The notes: generated by a model not told the origin, from the sequence alone. 64,000 nucleotides of DNA from Dipteris shenzhenensis (GCA_047967505.1 CM106538.1); one strand, 5' to 3'. Positions 11,700 through 25,914 are shown, numbered from the stretch's first letter. Program-made: numbers and translations.

Positions 11700-12830
11700 A
11701 TCGAAACTATGCATTTTTGTTAAAATTTCTCCCATGGAAGGTTGCTCCTTTAGATCAGTCTTGCATAGCACGTTCCCTTGATTGCAATGTCTCCCTTCAC
11801 GGAGTTGTCACTAAGAGCATGTGCAGCATCTATGAGAAACTTGGCAATTTCCCTAAATAGCCAACCAATGATAAAGCAATCTGACTCTGGTGCCCATGTA
11901 CCCTTGGGATCTTCCTGTGTAGTTATACTAGCATATAATTCCGGTGCTGACCATGGAAATGCCTTAGGAGGAGCATAAGCCAAGTCTTGTGGATATCAAC
12001 TTTCGGTCCAGTGGAGGCTTCTTCCCCAATCACAGTAATCGCAACTCGGAAAAACTTGTCATCCCTCGTGAAGTCCAGCATGTAGTTGGTTGCTTGCAGA
12101 TCGGTGTGTGCATATCTTTGTTTGTGAATTGCTTTTAAACCATTGGCAATAGCAACAACAATGGACAATCCATGAAACCTGGGTCATTTTCCATTTTTCA
12201 ATGGTGGAGGTTTGTTTGTGCACACCTCCAACCTTGAAAAACAGGAGATGACCCACATCTCTTGGGTGTGTGAGTACCCCCATACTAGATAGACAGCTCT
12301 ATGGACAACTGTCATCGCTAGCTCATTCTTGAGTGCCAAATGAGCATGGGCATCATCTCTATTACTCTTCTTGCTAGCATACCATGATGTTGGCCTAAGA
12401 CTTGGGGACACCCTGCATCTGTATCCTGGATACCTTCCCTTCTCCTCCCTTGCCCACCAGTTCATGCAGCTCTTGCAATGGAAAGTGTACTATGTGGGAG
12501 CACATGACGGCAAATGCAATACATAGTTCTATCTGTGCTCTCCCTTCAGCTTGGGCTGGATTGGCAGTTGCTTCTGGACCACTAGCCATCTTGGTCATAT
12601 GGACCAGAAAACTGGCTATTGCCTTTCCAACAAACCCTTTCTCCTTAACATTTTTTCTACAATTAGAAATCTGTGATACCTTCCATTGAGTCATCCAGAG
12701 TGCAAGCTTGTCCTCTCCATTGACAAGCAAGGCTACATTACTCACCTTTGCATATAATTCCCATTGTCCTATTGGATCTCCAAACACTCCAAGGATGAAT
12801 TGATCAAGTATCACTTTAACATCCGATCAT
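11700..12830 (-). pseudogene. Frameshifted protein kinase gene
   Basis: Subdomains in order on - strand: LVGKGGEGKV (G-loop), WYASKK, LKNELAM (alphaC), IANGLKAIH..YAHTDLQATNYML, CDWGRS (DWG at 12023-12031), FPWSAPELY, PESDCFIIG. Confidence 0.85.
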
Positions 12831-13694
12831 GCCATTCGACCATGAGCAACTAGGCCAGGTCATGTACATAAGGTCAAATATTCAGAACACCATTTGATCG
12901 TGTAGAAATTTTGAGCGTGCATGGGCATGTTTCTTCATCACTCAATTTCCTATCAAGTTTTTTATCATTTTCTTATGGACAAGCATCTAAATCTCAATCT
13001 TCAACTACTCTTGTGTTGCCATCAAAGATGGGTGTATAGTGATCTAGTGCAATGCAACCGTTTTGTAAGCACTCAAACTTCAAAACAAAGAACATCTGAA
13101 ATACACATGCAAATTTGCAATGATGGTGTAAATTAAACCACTCAAAAGCAACGTGCAACATGCAACATCATTAATGTTTCTACATAAATTTCACATGAGT
13201 CACAACTTCTAATCCTTAGAATAAACTACTAGCTTTTCAAGGTAATGGTATACTACATGAAGTAATTCATGATCTCATCGATATAATCCACTATTATAGC
13301 AATCCTTATGTGATCTACTATTATAGAATAAATTTCATAAAGTCACTATCGAGTGTCAATCTATTAGCTAGTGGAGGCAAGAATAGGAAACACATAACAG
13401 CATCACATAGCCAAGATGATCTAGATCAGCTTTGCCAATCACACATCCAATTGAGAAGAGTTATATTGGGAGGAACTGATTGGCAAAAGTAGGCCATCAT
13501 CCGGATAAAACCCGGCTCTACTAACACCTATGTACATACATATAAGAAGATCAAAGTAGGGGGAACTGACTCACAGATGGAAGCCATCACCCATGGCTTC
13601 GATCTTTACTATTACGCACATCAATCGGCGAGGTGAATCCGATCGGCCGAACCAGATCACCTCTTGGACTACTGACACAGCCATAAGTAGGCAT

Positions 13695-13759
13695 CTCTCC
13701 CTCTCTCTCTTTTACTCTCCCCCTCTCTATTTCCCTCTCTCTCTTTTACTATCCCGCTC

Positions 13760-13828
<69 letters not shown>

Positions 13829-13850
13829 CCCCCCTCTCTTTCCCTCTCTC
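13695..13850. repeat. (CT)n microsatellite flanked by a ~50-bp direct repeat
   Basis: (CT)n ~13764-13826; GGCGAGGTGAATCCGA.CGGCC at ~13627 and ~13877. Confidence 0.85.
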
Positions 13851-14429
13851 AAACAACCTACTAAGACAGTCAACCAGGCGAGGTGAATCCGACCGGCCAA
13901 GGCAGGTCATCACTTGGCCTGACAGACTGACACTAAAGGGTATAGAAGCTCACCAAAAGGCTAAGGAGAGATTGCGACAAAAGCAATAGGTTTTGGCAGG
14001 GCGGTAGTCATGGGAGCAGGGTCCTTTTATAGAATTTTGCCACTACATTGTGTGGTACTATCCTGCACCATGCGCTATGCCAATGTTCAGGATAGCATAT
14101 CCTTCTAAATCAAACAATCTAGGGTGTCACACATGCTGATATAACATCTACTGCATGGTACAGGTAGGTTACCATGTGATATCTCGTGGCACCCTAAAAA
14201 TAACCATGCAGTGTAGATGCAAGACCGCGTCGAGTAAATGATACCGCTTGGTATGGCATGATACCACGCAGTAGTTAGATCACGATACTGTGTGGTAAGA
14301 TTATAAACCGTGTGATATGCTCCCAATTGAGCCAGTGTAAAGAACCACATTTTTTTGCATTTAGGTCATTAGGCCGCAATCTTTAATTGAAAACTACATA
14401 TTTTTATTTTTAAAAACTTACTTTTTAAA

Positions 14430-15700
14430 TCCGTGCTTGCATTCATGGATCCCGATATGCCACATTCCTGGAACATCAAGGATGATGATTCTATTGTTGA
14501 AAAGGTTCCCCAAGGTAAAGGGGTTGAAAGAAATATGAGCAAAGAGCAGAGAGAAATTTTTTTGTCCTCAATAGCTCGAGATGCAAAGATGGGTAGAGAG
14601 ATATGAAGAGGCCAAAGCAAAATGAGAGGACGAGATTTAGAGTCATGCACAGGCAAAGGGTGCCATATCCACCAAACCTTGCTCTTCTCCTCATACACAT
14701 GTCACATGATTGGCTACAATAAGCTCTTTATGAAGCCGAAAATGATGGAGAGAATGTAACCGATCGAGAGAGAGAGCTTGTAGTTGGATGTATGCCACAT
14801 GTAAGTTTCTTACCTTTCTACTTAATTTGGGTATTTATGATCACAATCGTTGCAAAATTCATCCTCATTGTTTTATTCATGTTCTTTTGTAGTACAAAAA
14901 GTACAATGCATTATGGTCACATGAATGGCATTTTTGTGTGGAATGCATCGATTCAAGAAGAGTAACCTATGATTGTGGAGTCATGGCTAACTTTGTACAA
15001 GATAGACAAGCAAGTGCTTCTAATACCAATCTTCTCTCCTCTCAGTTAGATTATTGTGAGACCATACATGACATCTATGAAGTTGATTTTAGATGATTTA
15101 GTATTTTCATTCTTGATGTCAAATGGTTTAGAACTATCTACAATGGTCCCAATGCTATAGTCAGGAGAGATAACAGTGGTTTCTTTGCCATTAACTCCAC
15201 TGGACCCCGATGAAAGTGATACTTTTGTTCTTTGAGAGAATTGTGAACAAGTATATACTAATGAATTGATTAAAAGCTAATATCTTCATTTTCAAACAAT
15301 TATTAGTAGATGTTCATATATATATATATATATACATATACTAAATCATAAATTAATATAATTATTGTTTCTAATTTGCATCTTCAACATAGGTGGTCTT
15401 TCATTTGGATCATTTGGAACCAAGATGGTGGTACATAGTCCAAATTGCTCATCAAAGAAAACATCTTTCTAAAGATAGGAATGTAGATACAGAGATGCCA
15501 ACACAAATCCAAATAATGATGCCGATGGATCTACGGAAGAGGATGAAGATGAGGGTATGGGCTAGGAAGAAGGTGACAATAATGACACTATAATGGAGGA
15601 AGGTGGAGATCATGACTTTGGGGAAGAAGAGGGAGAACTAGAGGATTAAGTCTTAGGTACAAATACAATAGGGGATGATGATATAGTTGATCAATTGTAT
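14430..15700 (+). pseudogene. CACTA transposase C-terminal region (DUF4216-like) with introns and acidic tail
   Basis: TYDCGVMANF, LDYCETIHDIYEVDF, ILDVKWFR, DNSGFFAI, DTFVL..CEQV, VVFHLDHLEPRWWYIVQ. Confidence 0.8.
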
Positions 15701-16004
15701 GTAAACCTTGAGATAGACTTATTTGGTGCACAAGACAGCTCAAGACAAATCCGTTCATGTAAATGCTACTGATGGATTATTTTGACATCAACAAGACTTC
15801 TTGTCTTTAGCCCTCACATTTTTATAGTGACATTTTGTACATTTGTATGTTAAGTTTACCATCAATATAGTGTTTCGATCTCAATTTTGGTGGACATACT
15901 CCTATATTTTGTTATCTTTCAAAGGACTCAGCCTTTGGTCAAATTTTATTTTGGATCTCTTGGAAACAAAGTTTTGTAAAAACATTGGTATGGAAAATTT
16001 AACC

Positions 16005-16247
16005 CCGAGTCGGTATCAGTGATGGTGGAAGCATTGTCATAGTTTTGAGTATGTACGTCAGTATAGGCATTGTTTTATATCGATGCCTATATTGGCCTAC
16101 ATACCGACACTCATACTGACTGTAATTTCTTCTTCCACACTAGCACCTTCCCCGCCCGCCAACCATACCAATGATTTTCATGACTATGCCTACAAAGCAT
16201 CAATAGACAGTGTCGAAATGTCGAAAAGAGACCTGTGCCTTGTAGTG
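16005..16247. mobile_element. Probable right terminus of a CACTA element with subterminal repeats
   Basis: Ends ...CTTGTAGTG (revcomp CACTACAAG) at 16247; CATACCGAC/GTCAGTAT-type motifs in both orientations, also seen at 2815-2920. Confidence 0.65.
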
Positions 16248-16810
16248 AATGCAGAAGGAGAAATGCAAAAATGGAGATGCAAAAATATAGAAATACGAAA
16301 GGCAGAAATGCAGAAATGGAGATGCAAAAATGCAAAAATGCTAAATAGGAAATATAGAAATGGAGATGTGAAAATACAAGTACAAAAATGCAAAAACGAA
16401 TATGCAAAAATGTAGGAATGGAAATGCAGAATTGTAGAAACAGAGACATGGAAATGTGGAAACGGAAATGCAAAAATGGAGATGCGGAAATGCAAAAATG
16501 CAAAAATAAGAAAAAAATGGAGATGCAGAAATGCAAAATGTGAAAATACGGAAGCAAAAATGAAGAAATATAGAAACAAAAATGTAAAAATGCAAAAATG
16601 GAGATGCGAAAATGTAGAAACGAAAATACAGAAATGTGAAAGCAAAAATGTGGAAATGCAAAAATAAAAATGCAGAAATGAAGATGTAGGAATGTGAAAA
16701 TGCTTAAGTTAAAATGCAAAAATGTAGATACAAAAATGGAAAATGCGGGAATGGAAATGCAAAAAATGCAAAAATGGAGATGCAAAAATGCAATTAATGC
16801 AGAAATGGAA
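16248..16810. repeat. Degenerate AAATGC/AAATGGAGATGC tandem array
   Basis: Short-period A-rich array running into the gap; same family as 25915-26140. Confidence 0.9.
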
Positions 16811-16910
16811 NNNNNNNNNNNNNNNNNNNNNNNNNNNNNNNNNNNNNNNNNNNNNNNNNNNNNNNNNNNNNNNNNNNNNNNNNNNNNNNNNNNNNNNNNN
16901 NNNNNNNNNN
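16811..16910. other. Assembly gap (100 N)
   Basis: Run of N. Confidence 1.
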
Positions 16911-17760
16911 TTAGAAAAGGATAAAAACACCCTAAACTACTTTAGTTAGGGTTCGCTAAGTTTAAGGTCTAGGTTAGGTTAGTATTTACCCTCTATTAGG
17001 TTAATTTTAAGCGTAGCTAGGTCAGTCTAATTGTTAGTTAGTTACTCTAACTAGGTTACTTGAACTAACTAACTATGGTCAGTCTTACCATCACTAGGCT
17101 AGGTTAGGCTAAATGATTAGCATCTAACTAGACAAATAGGTTAGTTCATCTAACTAGATCAACTTGGTTTCAACCCCTCGGTTGGACTTTAAAGTCCATT
17201 CACCCCACCATTAGGACCCCCCCAACGCAAAATTTACACCTACTTTAACCCCTCGCCATTTGGGGACCCAAACTGAACCCCATTTGAGCCTAGATTTCAC
17301 ACACCAGAAACACCATGCTACGGGTATTTTTCTAACCCATTGCACACCATTTTGGCATCCATAGCACTCGTTCATTCGCACCCCCGCTTGGGCCTCCTTT
17401 CGCACAAACTCGATCATATCTTCACACCGTGACCTTCGATTAACGATCCGTTTGCACCGACACATTTCCCTACACACGTAGGACAATCTTAGGCACATTA
17501 TTAACACAATGGTCCCTACACAAACTAACACCACTTTAACTCTCCTAACAAAGCTACATCCACACCACTGCCGCCTTGGGGCAGTGACACCCTTGGCAAA
17601 TCACGCACAATCTGCATGCAGCTATGTTTCAGCCAATGCTTTTGACTCCAACGCTCACCACATCTGCATATAACTCCACTGCAACAACCGCCACTGCCAA
17701 TCCTCTACCCCGAATCCCCCCTGAGATTCAACCACTCCCTCTAACTCCTCCATGCCCCAA

Positions 17761-19500
17761 CATGGCTAGATGCCATCATGACAATGATGGGGATCTCGAC
17801 CTCGATGTAGAGGTTGAAAACTTCTTCCATCGAAGAAATAACAACAATCAAGGCCGACGCCCCTTGGGAAAACTAGAACTTTCCAAATATAATGGTAGGG
17901 GAGACCCAGCCAGCTTCCTCTAGCATTTTGATGCCACATGTCGAGTAGGTGGCGATCAATCCCATGAAACCAAGGCGGCTTGGTTTCCAATGGCCTTGAC
18001 TGATGAAGCATCAGAATGGTACCTAGACCTTCTCGTGTAAGAACATGCCACATGGGACCTACTTCAAACCAAATTCAAACGATGCCTTCCAAATGGAGAG
18101 GCTACAAGACGATCCTGCTCTCCAACTTAGCAGATCGAACAAGGCCAGAGGGAAGATGTATGCACATACCTGGGAAAGATGAAGAGATTGATCACCAAAT
18201 GTGACCCATGCCTAGATGCAAAGTACCTCATAGCATGGTTCATAGCAAGTCTAAGAAAGAAAATCTGAAAGGATATGAAAAAGATAAGTAGCTATGAAAC
18301 ATTCAGTGCTGCTCATGTGGCAGCCATTGACATCGAGGATGGCATGACAGACTCAGACACTAGCAGTGACGACGGCAAATCAAATACACAAGATAAGCAT
18401 TCGAAAAAGGGTAAATCAAAGGACACTACCACAACATCAAATGAAGATTGCCTAGAGGCCATGACCTTGAAGCTGAAAGAAGATATGATGCAGGCCATGG
18501 ATTAAAAACTCCACTTGTCTCATTCGCCAACTCAAACATATCCACGACGAGAAAATGTCTGGTGTCCACACTTCCTAGCAAATCATACAGCAAATGAGTG
18601 CCCGTTCCTTAGAGCCAGGATCACTGCACAAGCAAATCCACCACCACGGTTGTGGTGCCATATCTGTGTCATCGGCGGCCATGATGAGAACAGTTGCATC
18701 TTCAACATGCATAACAATCTGCCTCGACCTCCACAATACCAAGCGGCACCCATGCCAGTATACAGGCAACTGGCACTTGCACAAGCAGCTAGCTCCAAGG
18801 CTAAATCTTGTTCCCATTCGGACACAAGTCCCACAACTACTCAAGAATCTGAATCCACGACCATATCCAAGAGCACCAAATCCAACTCCTCAAGCAATTC
18901 CCATACATCAATTACAAGCCAAGGAAGTAGACTCGTTATTTGAGTATGAAGCAGAATACCCAGTGTACTATGTAGAAGGTGCAGAGGATCTAATTCTAGT
19001 TTATGGAAATCAAGCATGACCCACCACATTTCGAGTACCAATTAAGTGCTACGGTTGTGGAGAAAATCACCGGATCGCGGAGTGTCCTCATCGTGGTAGC
19101 CTAGCTACTTTCCAACACCTTTGCAGAGATTGTGGCATAGGACATGCCTATATGGATTGTCCCATGAAAAATAAGGTCACAGAACAAACAGAGGTTAAGC
19201 CTGACGTCCCCATCGGCATCATTGGGGTGGACCATCAAAGTCTAGGTCTAGCAAGTGTAAAGTCACAACCTATCAATGTAATTACATGCCAACAGAAAGA
19301 GGCCACCAAGGACCCTAACATTCCAATCCAACCAAAGCGACTTTTGAAAAAGAAAGCACAAGTGCCTCCACCTCTGCCAAGCAATGAGTAGCCGAGCTCA
19401 TCCACATCAACTCCCAAGCCTCAAATAAAAGAAGCCCCATACCCGAATGCAGAGGTGGAGAAGTATCGTTTTTAGGTACTTCAACAATGGGTCCAAAATG
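17761..19500 (+). pseudogene. gag: Gypsy gag with four zinc knuckles
   Basis: CPHFLANHTANEC, CHICVIGGHDENSC, CYGCGENHRIAEC, CRDCGIGHAYMDC; stops and frameshifts. Confidence 0.8.
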
Positions 19501-19789
19501 AACAAGCTCAATTTGAGGCTAAGAAACAAGCTCAAGACCCAATCCATGACTTGGGCCCCACAAAGTATTGATATTGTACTCGAGCCTTTGTTCCAACAAC
19601 AGACTCCACAATAGAATGTACTGCCACGTCAACTTGAAGGAGCCACACTCTCTAGCATCCTAAATTGCCCTGTGTCAATTCCCATCAGAATCCTCTTACG
19701 GAATTGTCCCAATCTCTGGGAGAGTTTCAAAGGATGGACTAAACTTGCAAATCCCCCTCCACCTATGAGCGACATTGAAGATATCCCTA

Positions 19790-22700
19790 TGCGGATGGGT
19801 GATGAAGTCCAAGCCATAGTGGATGGTGGAGCAGGTGTCAATGTCATATCAAAGGAGCTCTACAAAGAATGGGGTCTCCCACCAATGTAAAAGGCTAATT
19901 TCAACATACACCTTGCCGATGATTCACAGGCTAAACCCTTGGGAATAGTGAATGGTGTGTCCGCAAAGATCGTAGGAGTCCACTTTTCCCTTCAATTCAC
20001 AATATTAGATGTCCCCAAAAAATCCTATCAAATCTTACTGGGACGTCCTTGCTTACGGGAAGCATCAGTCCTCCATGACTAGGGAACTGATAGACTGACA
20101 ATCCAGAATCAAGAGACTGCAGTCAGGGTGAACGTGGGGACAAGAGCTATTAAACCAATTGTTCCTAAAGCATTGGATGACACATCTTCCACAACAATCT
20201 CAAGCAAATCAACTCCCTTGCAACAGCATGCCATAGCAAGTGACTCACAAAGCAATGTCAATAACTGGATACAAACATTGGCAACCATCGACAACTGCCA
20301 TTTATTAGATCCCATCTTCTCACATATAGATGCTAATGCACTACAGGTCGATCCTCCACTGACACATGAAGAAACAATCGATCTACAGATGCCATTCTTT
20401 ATGGTTGACCTCGAATGGGATAACGAACCTGAAGAAGGTACCAATACCAATGATGACTCAGACTTTCCTTGGGACCTGGAAACAGAGGTTGCGAATGCTG
20501 AAATTGAAGATCAAATCTTTGATAATGACCTAGCCATTCTGCATGCCCTAATGGCAGTCGAGCTCCCAAAAGTTGAACCTCCATAGTTGAATAATAGTAG
20601 AAGATCCCACAAGAAAGCTACAAGAGGAAATCGCAGAAAATCCAAGGGTGAGCACTTTAATGAATTCAAACGAGTCTAATCAAGGATCATCAAATTGTAC
20701 CTTGCGAAGTCAACTCCCTCAAAATTAGAACCACTGCCTCTTGAATGATCCCCTAAGGGACTGGAAGGAGTATGTGCAGCACATGAACCCTTACTTGGAA
20801 ACACCTTACCAGTGGAAAAGTTACCCCACAGTTCCCAATGTAAGAAGTTTCGGAAATATAAGCCACATGTGCAGATGAAACTCAATCAAGCGACTTTAGA
20901 AAAAGAAAGAAAAGAAGAGCCTAACAAATTAATAAATGCAACTATGCCACCCAGTACACATGACACATGTCAGGCTAGTTCAACCCCATCAGAGGCCGAT
21001 CTTCGAGAAGTGCCAGAATACTTTAAGAATTATACAAGTGGCAATGCGCCAATAGCAATGCCATGACCACTCAGAGAATCTAAAGTTCAAGAAACCGATA
21101 GCATTGGAGAAACTCCAATCTATGAGGGACCGACAAAAACACACACAATAAACCTCACCCTTGAAGGGGAGGAAGAAAAATTGGTTTTCATTGGGAAACA
21201 GCTTTGTCAAGAAGATGAAACCAAACTCAAAGAACTCCTAATGGAATACCGTGACTGCCTAGCATAGTCATACAAAGAGATGAAAGGAATTTCACTAGAA
21301 GTGGCAGTACACACGATACCTATAAGGGAAGGTGCTCACCCTAAGATATGTGGACCTTATCGCACAAATCCTAAATATGGCACCATGGTTTATGACGAGC
21401 TGGGAAAACTCCTAGATGCCGGATTCATCTACGAGATAGAGCACACTGCTTGGGTTTCACCCATTTTCATTGTACCTAAATGCAACAAGAAGCTTAGAAT
21501 ATGCGTAAACTTAAAAAATGTGAATGCCACCACAATTGGGGATCACTATCTCCTACCCTTAACAAAAACAGTGTTGGAAAAGGTGGCAGGATCCGAAATA
21601 TATAGCTTCTTGGATGGCTTCAGTGGCTATAACCAAGTGCAAATTGCTCCTCAAGACCAATCAAAAACAACATTTGCTACAGAATGGGGTGTTTTTGCAT
21701 ATAGAGTCATGCCATTTGGCCTTTGTAATGCCCCAGCCACATTCCAGCGAGTCATGTTCACAGCTTTCAAGTCATTTTTGAATAAGTTTTTACACGTGTT
21801 CTTGGATGATTTGTGCATCCATTCAAACAAACAGGACCACTTCAAATGTCTTGAGGAAGTACTACTTAAATGCAAGGAGTATGGCATCTTCCTAAATCCA
21901 ACAAAATGCCAGTATATGGTCACCCACTCAGTTGTTTTGGGACACATCGTCTCTCAACATGGGATTGCAACTGACATGGACGAAATCAAAATCATCATGG
22001 AATCGCCTCCTCCTACAAATTCCAAAGGTGTACAGGTCTTTATGGGACATGCTGGCTACTATAGAAGATTTATATTACGGTATGCCATGATAGCTAGACC
22101 ACTTTACAAATTATTAGTGGAGTTCTTATGGACCAAAGAGTGCGACCAAGCCTTTGAGCTTTTAAAGTGGTGCCTAATCATAGCACCCATCCTTATATCT
22201 CCCAATTGGGATATTGATTTTCATGTACATACTGATGGATCCAAGTATGCAATTGGGAGTGTGCTTTGTCAACCTGGTGAACATAAGAAAGACTACCCCT
22301 TCTACTTCGCCAGTCGACAACTCAATCATGTAGAGATCTACCATACAACCACAGAACGAGAAGCCCTAGCAATGGTGTATAGTGTAAAGAAATTTCAACA
22401 CTATCTCCTAGCAAATGATTTTGTCTTCTACACCGACCATCAAGCATTGCTTTATCTTGTGAACCGTCTGTGTACCATAGGAAAAATAACCAGATGGCTC
22501 CTCTTGCTACAAGAATTCAACTTCAAAATCGTGGTCCACAAAGGTGCCCAACACTACATTGCTGATCACACGTCTCGAGTCAAGTCAAGAGAAGAAGCCA
22601 TTGGAGTAGAAGACAACTTACCAGATGCCACACTATTTCAAATAGATGCTGTTCCAGAATGGTATGGAGATATCATTGGGTACTTGATGGCAGAAGACCA

Positions 22701-23930
22701 CCCCCTAACATGAAAGCAGTAGATGCCAGAAAATTGATTCTAAAAGCTGCACCCTATCAACTCATTGCATGACAACTGTACAAGATGGGCAAGGACCAGA
22801 TATTAAGAAGATGTGTAATGCCTCATGAGATCATGCCAATCCTGAGTGAAGTCCATGAAGGTATTGTAGGAGAACACTTCCAAGGGGAAGCCATAGCAAG
22901 AAAAGTTCTCCTCGTAGGCTACTGGTGGCCAACACTGTGGGCAAATGCCTATGAATATGTAAAAGGTTGTGATGTATGCCAACGAACTATTAAACCATAA
23001 CACAAAGACTTCAATCCTCTAACACCAATTGTTGCACAAAAACCATTTGAAAAATGGGGGATTGACTATGTGGGTCCCATACATCCAACAGCAAAAGGAA
23101 CACAGGCACGCTGCATCATTGTGGCCACTGATTACTTTACAAAATGGGTTGAAGCTAAAGCAGTCAGAAAGGCAGATGCCAGAAGCACAGCAAGATTCTT
23201 ATATGAAAATGTGATCACCCGATTCGGATGCCCCATTGAAATTGTGTCGGATAGAGGCACACATTTTGTCAATGAGGTAATCCAAGAACTCTTGTCTGGC
23301 TTCATGGTAATCCATAGAAAAAGCACACCCTACTACCCCAAGAGAATGGACTAGCAGAATCCACAAACAAAATAATATGCATTATCTTCACCAAGGTAGT
23401 AGAACCACAGCGCTCTGATTGGGCAGAGAAATTGAATGCAGCCTTATGGGCATACATAACCACATTGAAGATCAATACAGGGAACACACCTTTTCAATTG
23501 GTGTACGGCCTTGAAGCTGTGGTCCCACTTGAATTTGTAATACCAAGTCTATGCATCGCAGTACAGGAACGCATGGGTGACCATGAATCCTTGAAAGAAG
23601 GGCTCTATCAGTTGGAAAAGCATACAGAGACAAGACTAGTTGCCTATCATGCCATGACAACAGAAAAACGTAGAAGAAAGGCATGGTTTGACAAAAACCT
23701 TAAAGCTAAAGACATCAAGGAAGGCAACTTAGTCCTGTTAATACAATGCCAAAGTACACAAGGGAAAACTAAAGTATCTAGGTCAAGGACCATACCGAGT
23801 ATGAAAGATGAATCCCATCGAATCTGTGCTGCTAGAAACATTGGATGGAGTCCAATTCAACACAAAAGTAAATGGGAGCCAATTGAAGTGCTACTACATC
23901 AACACGCAAGCCATCCCCAACAAAAATGAA
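19790..23930 (+). pseudogene. pol: Gypsy pol (PR, long spacer, RT, RH, INT)
   Basis: DGGA protease motif; FLDGFSGYNQ, FLDD, HTDGS, TEREAL, YTDHQ, EKWGIDYVGP, IVSDRGTHF. Confidence 0.92.
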
Positions 23931-24769
23931 GATTTGGGAAACCAAGTCCTCCTTAGTTAGGATTATATTGTATCATGAGCACTCACTAGCATATGCACGT
24001 TTTTGCACATATAATTTCCACTAGATTGTTACACGCACACTCACTGGCATATGCATGTTTTTACACATGTAGGAAGACCTAATCAATTTTGTATTAGGGA
24101 TGATTGAGTCTTAGTTTCCCTAATAAATGCCACAAATAAGCATATAGTTAGACACATCACATGCACTCACACGATTTTGCATAGGCACATAATAGATTGC
24201 ATCAATAATAGTATCACACACTCTCATTCCATACTGTCAAAGCATGCAATGAATTCACAAGCATGACACAAAGCTCTGCCAAAACTCTAGATGAATTGGC
24301 AAGAGTCTGCAACCTCCCCAATGAGACCCCCGCCAAACATCACAACCGTCTCCTATATGCAAAAATATATGACTTGCATACTAATTATCTACAAGCTCAA
24401 TGATACGGGTGCAATCGCATCCAACGTGTATGCAAGATAGCAAGAAATGCCAGCCTCAACAACGAGACCCCTGCCAAACCTCTTCCCAAAAAGATTTGAT
24501 GGCAGAGTCCCTAACCTCAGCAATGAGATCCCCTCTGAAATTCACAGCCATCTACCCCTTTTTAAGAGGAGATAAGCTTCTTGACTACAGACTACAAATT
24601 GTCTGGTGCAAAAGCATTACAGCAGGAATGACTCGCATGCCACAAGCTAAACAACCATTGGATTACGCACATGGCATCCAAACTTTGAAATCAAAATAAG
24701 CCATAACCCAAGGACGGGTAATAAAATGGATCCAGGAGTATGTCGACTCTATGCCAACATGAACTTATG

Positions 24770-25055
24770 TAGAAAGAGAATGTGATACAACTTTGTGTTA
24801 CAACTTTGTGATACAACTTTGTGTTACAACTTTGTGTTACAACTTCTACATATGACTTCTACATGTAGAAAGAGAATGTGTTACAACTTTTTGTTACGAC
24901 TTTGTGATACAACTTTGTGTTACAACTTCTACATGTAGAAAGAGAATGTGTTACAACTTTGTGTTACAACTTTGTGATACAACTTTGTGTTACAACTTTG
25001 TGTTACAACTTTGTGATACAACTTTGTGTTACAACTTTGTGAGACAACTTTGTGC
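24770..25055. repeat. 13-bp minisatellite (TGTGTTACAACTT) with CTACATGTAGAAAGAGAA interruptions
   Basis: Visible tandem units. Confidence 0.9.
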
Positions 25056-25209
25056 AGAGAGAGAAGCTCTCCAACTTGTATAAATACCCCATAATGGAAT
25101 GAAGCCCACACTCTTTCGAGAATTGTGTTGAGTCTACTTTGGTATTCCAAGCATTTGTCTCAAGTGTCCATGCTTCCTTGCACTCCATGTCCAAAAGCAT
25201 GTCCTAACC

Positions 25210-25670
25210 TTGCAACTCCTCCTCCCCTCTCCTCCAACCTTGTAACCCATCCTCTCCCTCTCCTCTTCCCTCCTCCTCCTCTTTCCTCCTCCTCCTCCTC
25301 CTCCCTCCGCCTCCTACTCCTCTCTCCTCGTCCTCCCTCCTCCTCCCTCCTCTCTTTTCTTTCCCCCATGCTAATACACCTTCTTCCTCTTCCACTCCTA
25401 TGCTCCCCCTAAACCCTTTGTTTCTCAACCCTTAAAACTTCATGATCTACGAGGGAGACGAGTTCTCCACCATGTACTCTACCCTAAACCTTGGAACCTC
25501 CTTCTAAACCCTGGAACCTCCTTCTGAACCGATCCTCCTTCTAACCCTGGACTCCTTCTAAACCCTAGAACCTCCTTCTCAACCCTGGAACATCCTTCTC
25601 AACCCTGGAACCTCCTTTAACCCTTAAACCTCCTTCTAACCCTTAAACTCCTCCTAAACCCTACAACCCC
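25210..25670. repeat. CCT-rich tract followed by ~20-bp AAACCCTGGAACCTCCTTCT tandem repeats
   Basis: Visible in sequence. Confidence 0.85.
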
Positions 25671-25914
25671 CAATGAAGGCAAAAGCCTTCATTACCTCAA
25701 CAAAGATGATTTACGTTCCTTTTACACATGCATGCACTTTGTTTGCGTACCACACTTAAGCCTACGTCTCTCACTGGAACACCACTCGAGGTCCTAAGCT
25801 ACATGCATACTACAACCGACAACCCCAATATATCTGTAGGTGACAAAAAGCCTCGGAACTCTACATACAGAGATAACCGAGCTCTTCCTACAAAAGCAGT
25901 AGGAAAGAGCCAAC

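Larger units (their letters stand above)
16911..24760 (+). mobile_element. Ty3/Gypsy element 2 internal region (gag-PR-RT-RH-INT), non-chromovirus-like, LTRs not seen
   Basis: gag (LELSKYNGRGDPASFL), Zn knuckles, PR (AIVDGGAGVNVI...ILLGRP), 477-aa RT/RH ORF 21280-22713, INT 22785-23929; no chromodomain recognised; boundaries approximate. Confidence 0.9.

Noticed and set aside
14041-16247. CACTACA at 14041 paired with TGTAGTG at 16247 as a complete CACTA element
   Set aside because: Only 7 nt of inverted match and no 3-bp TSD (TGC versus AAT)
16083-16949. Cys/Lys- and Phe/His-rich ORFs (also 25728-26344)
   Set aside because: Translations of the AAATGC array
24770-25055. Regular short repeats resembling a CRISPR array
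   Set aside because: Head-to-tail 13-mers with no unique spacers, no cas genes, eukaryotic TE context
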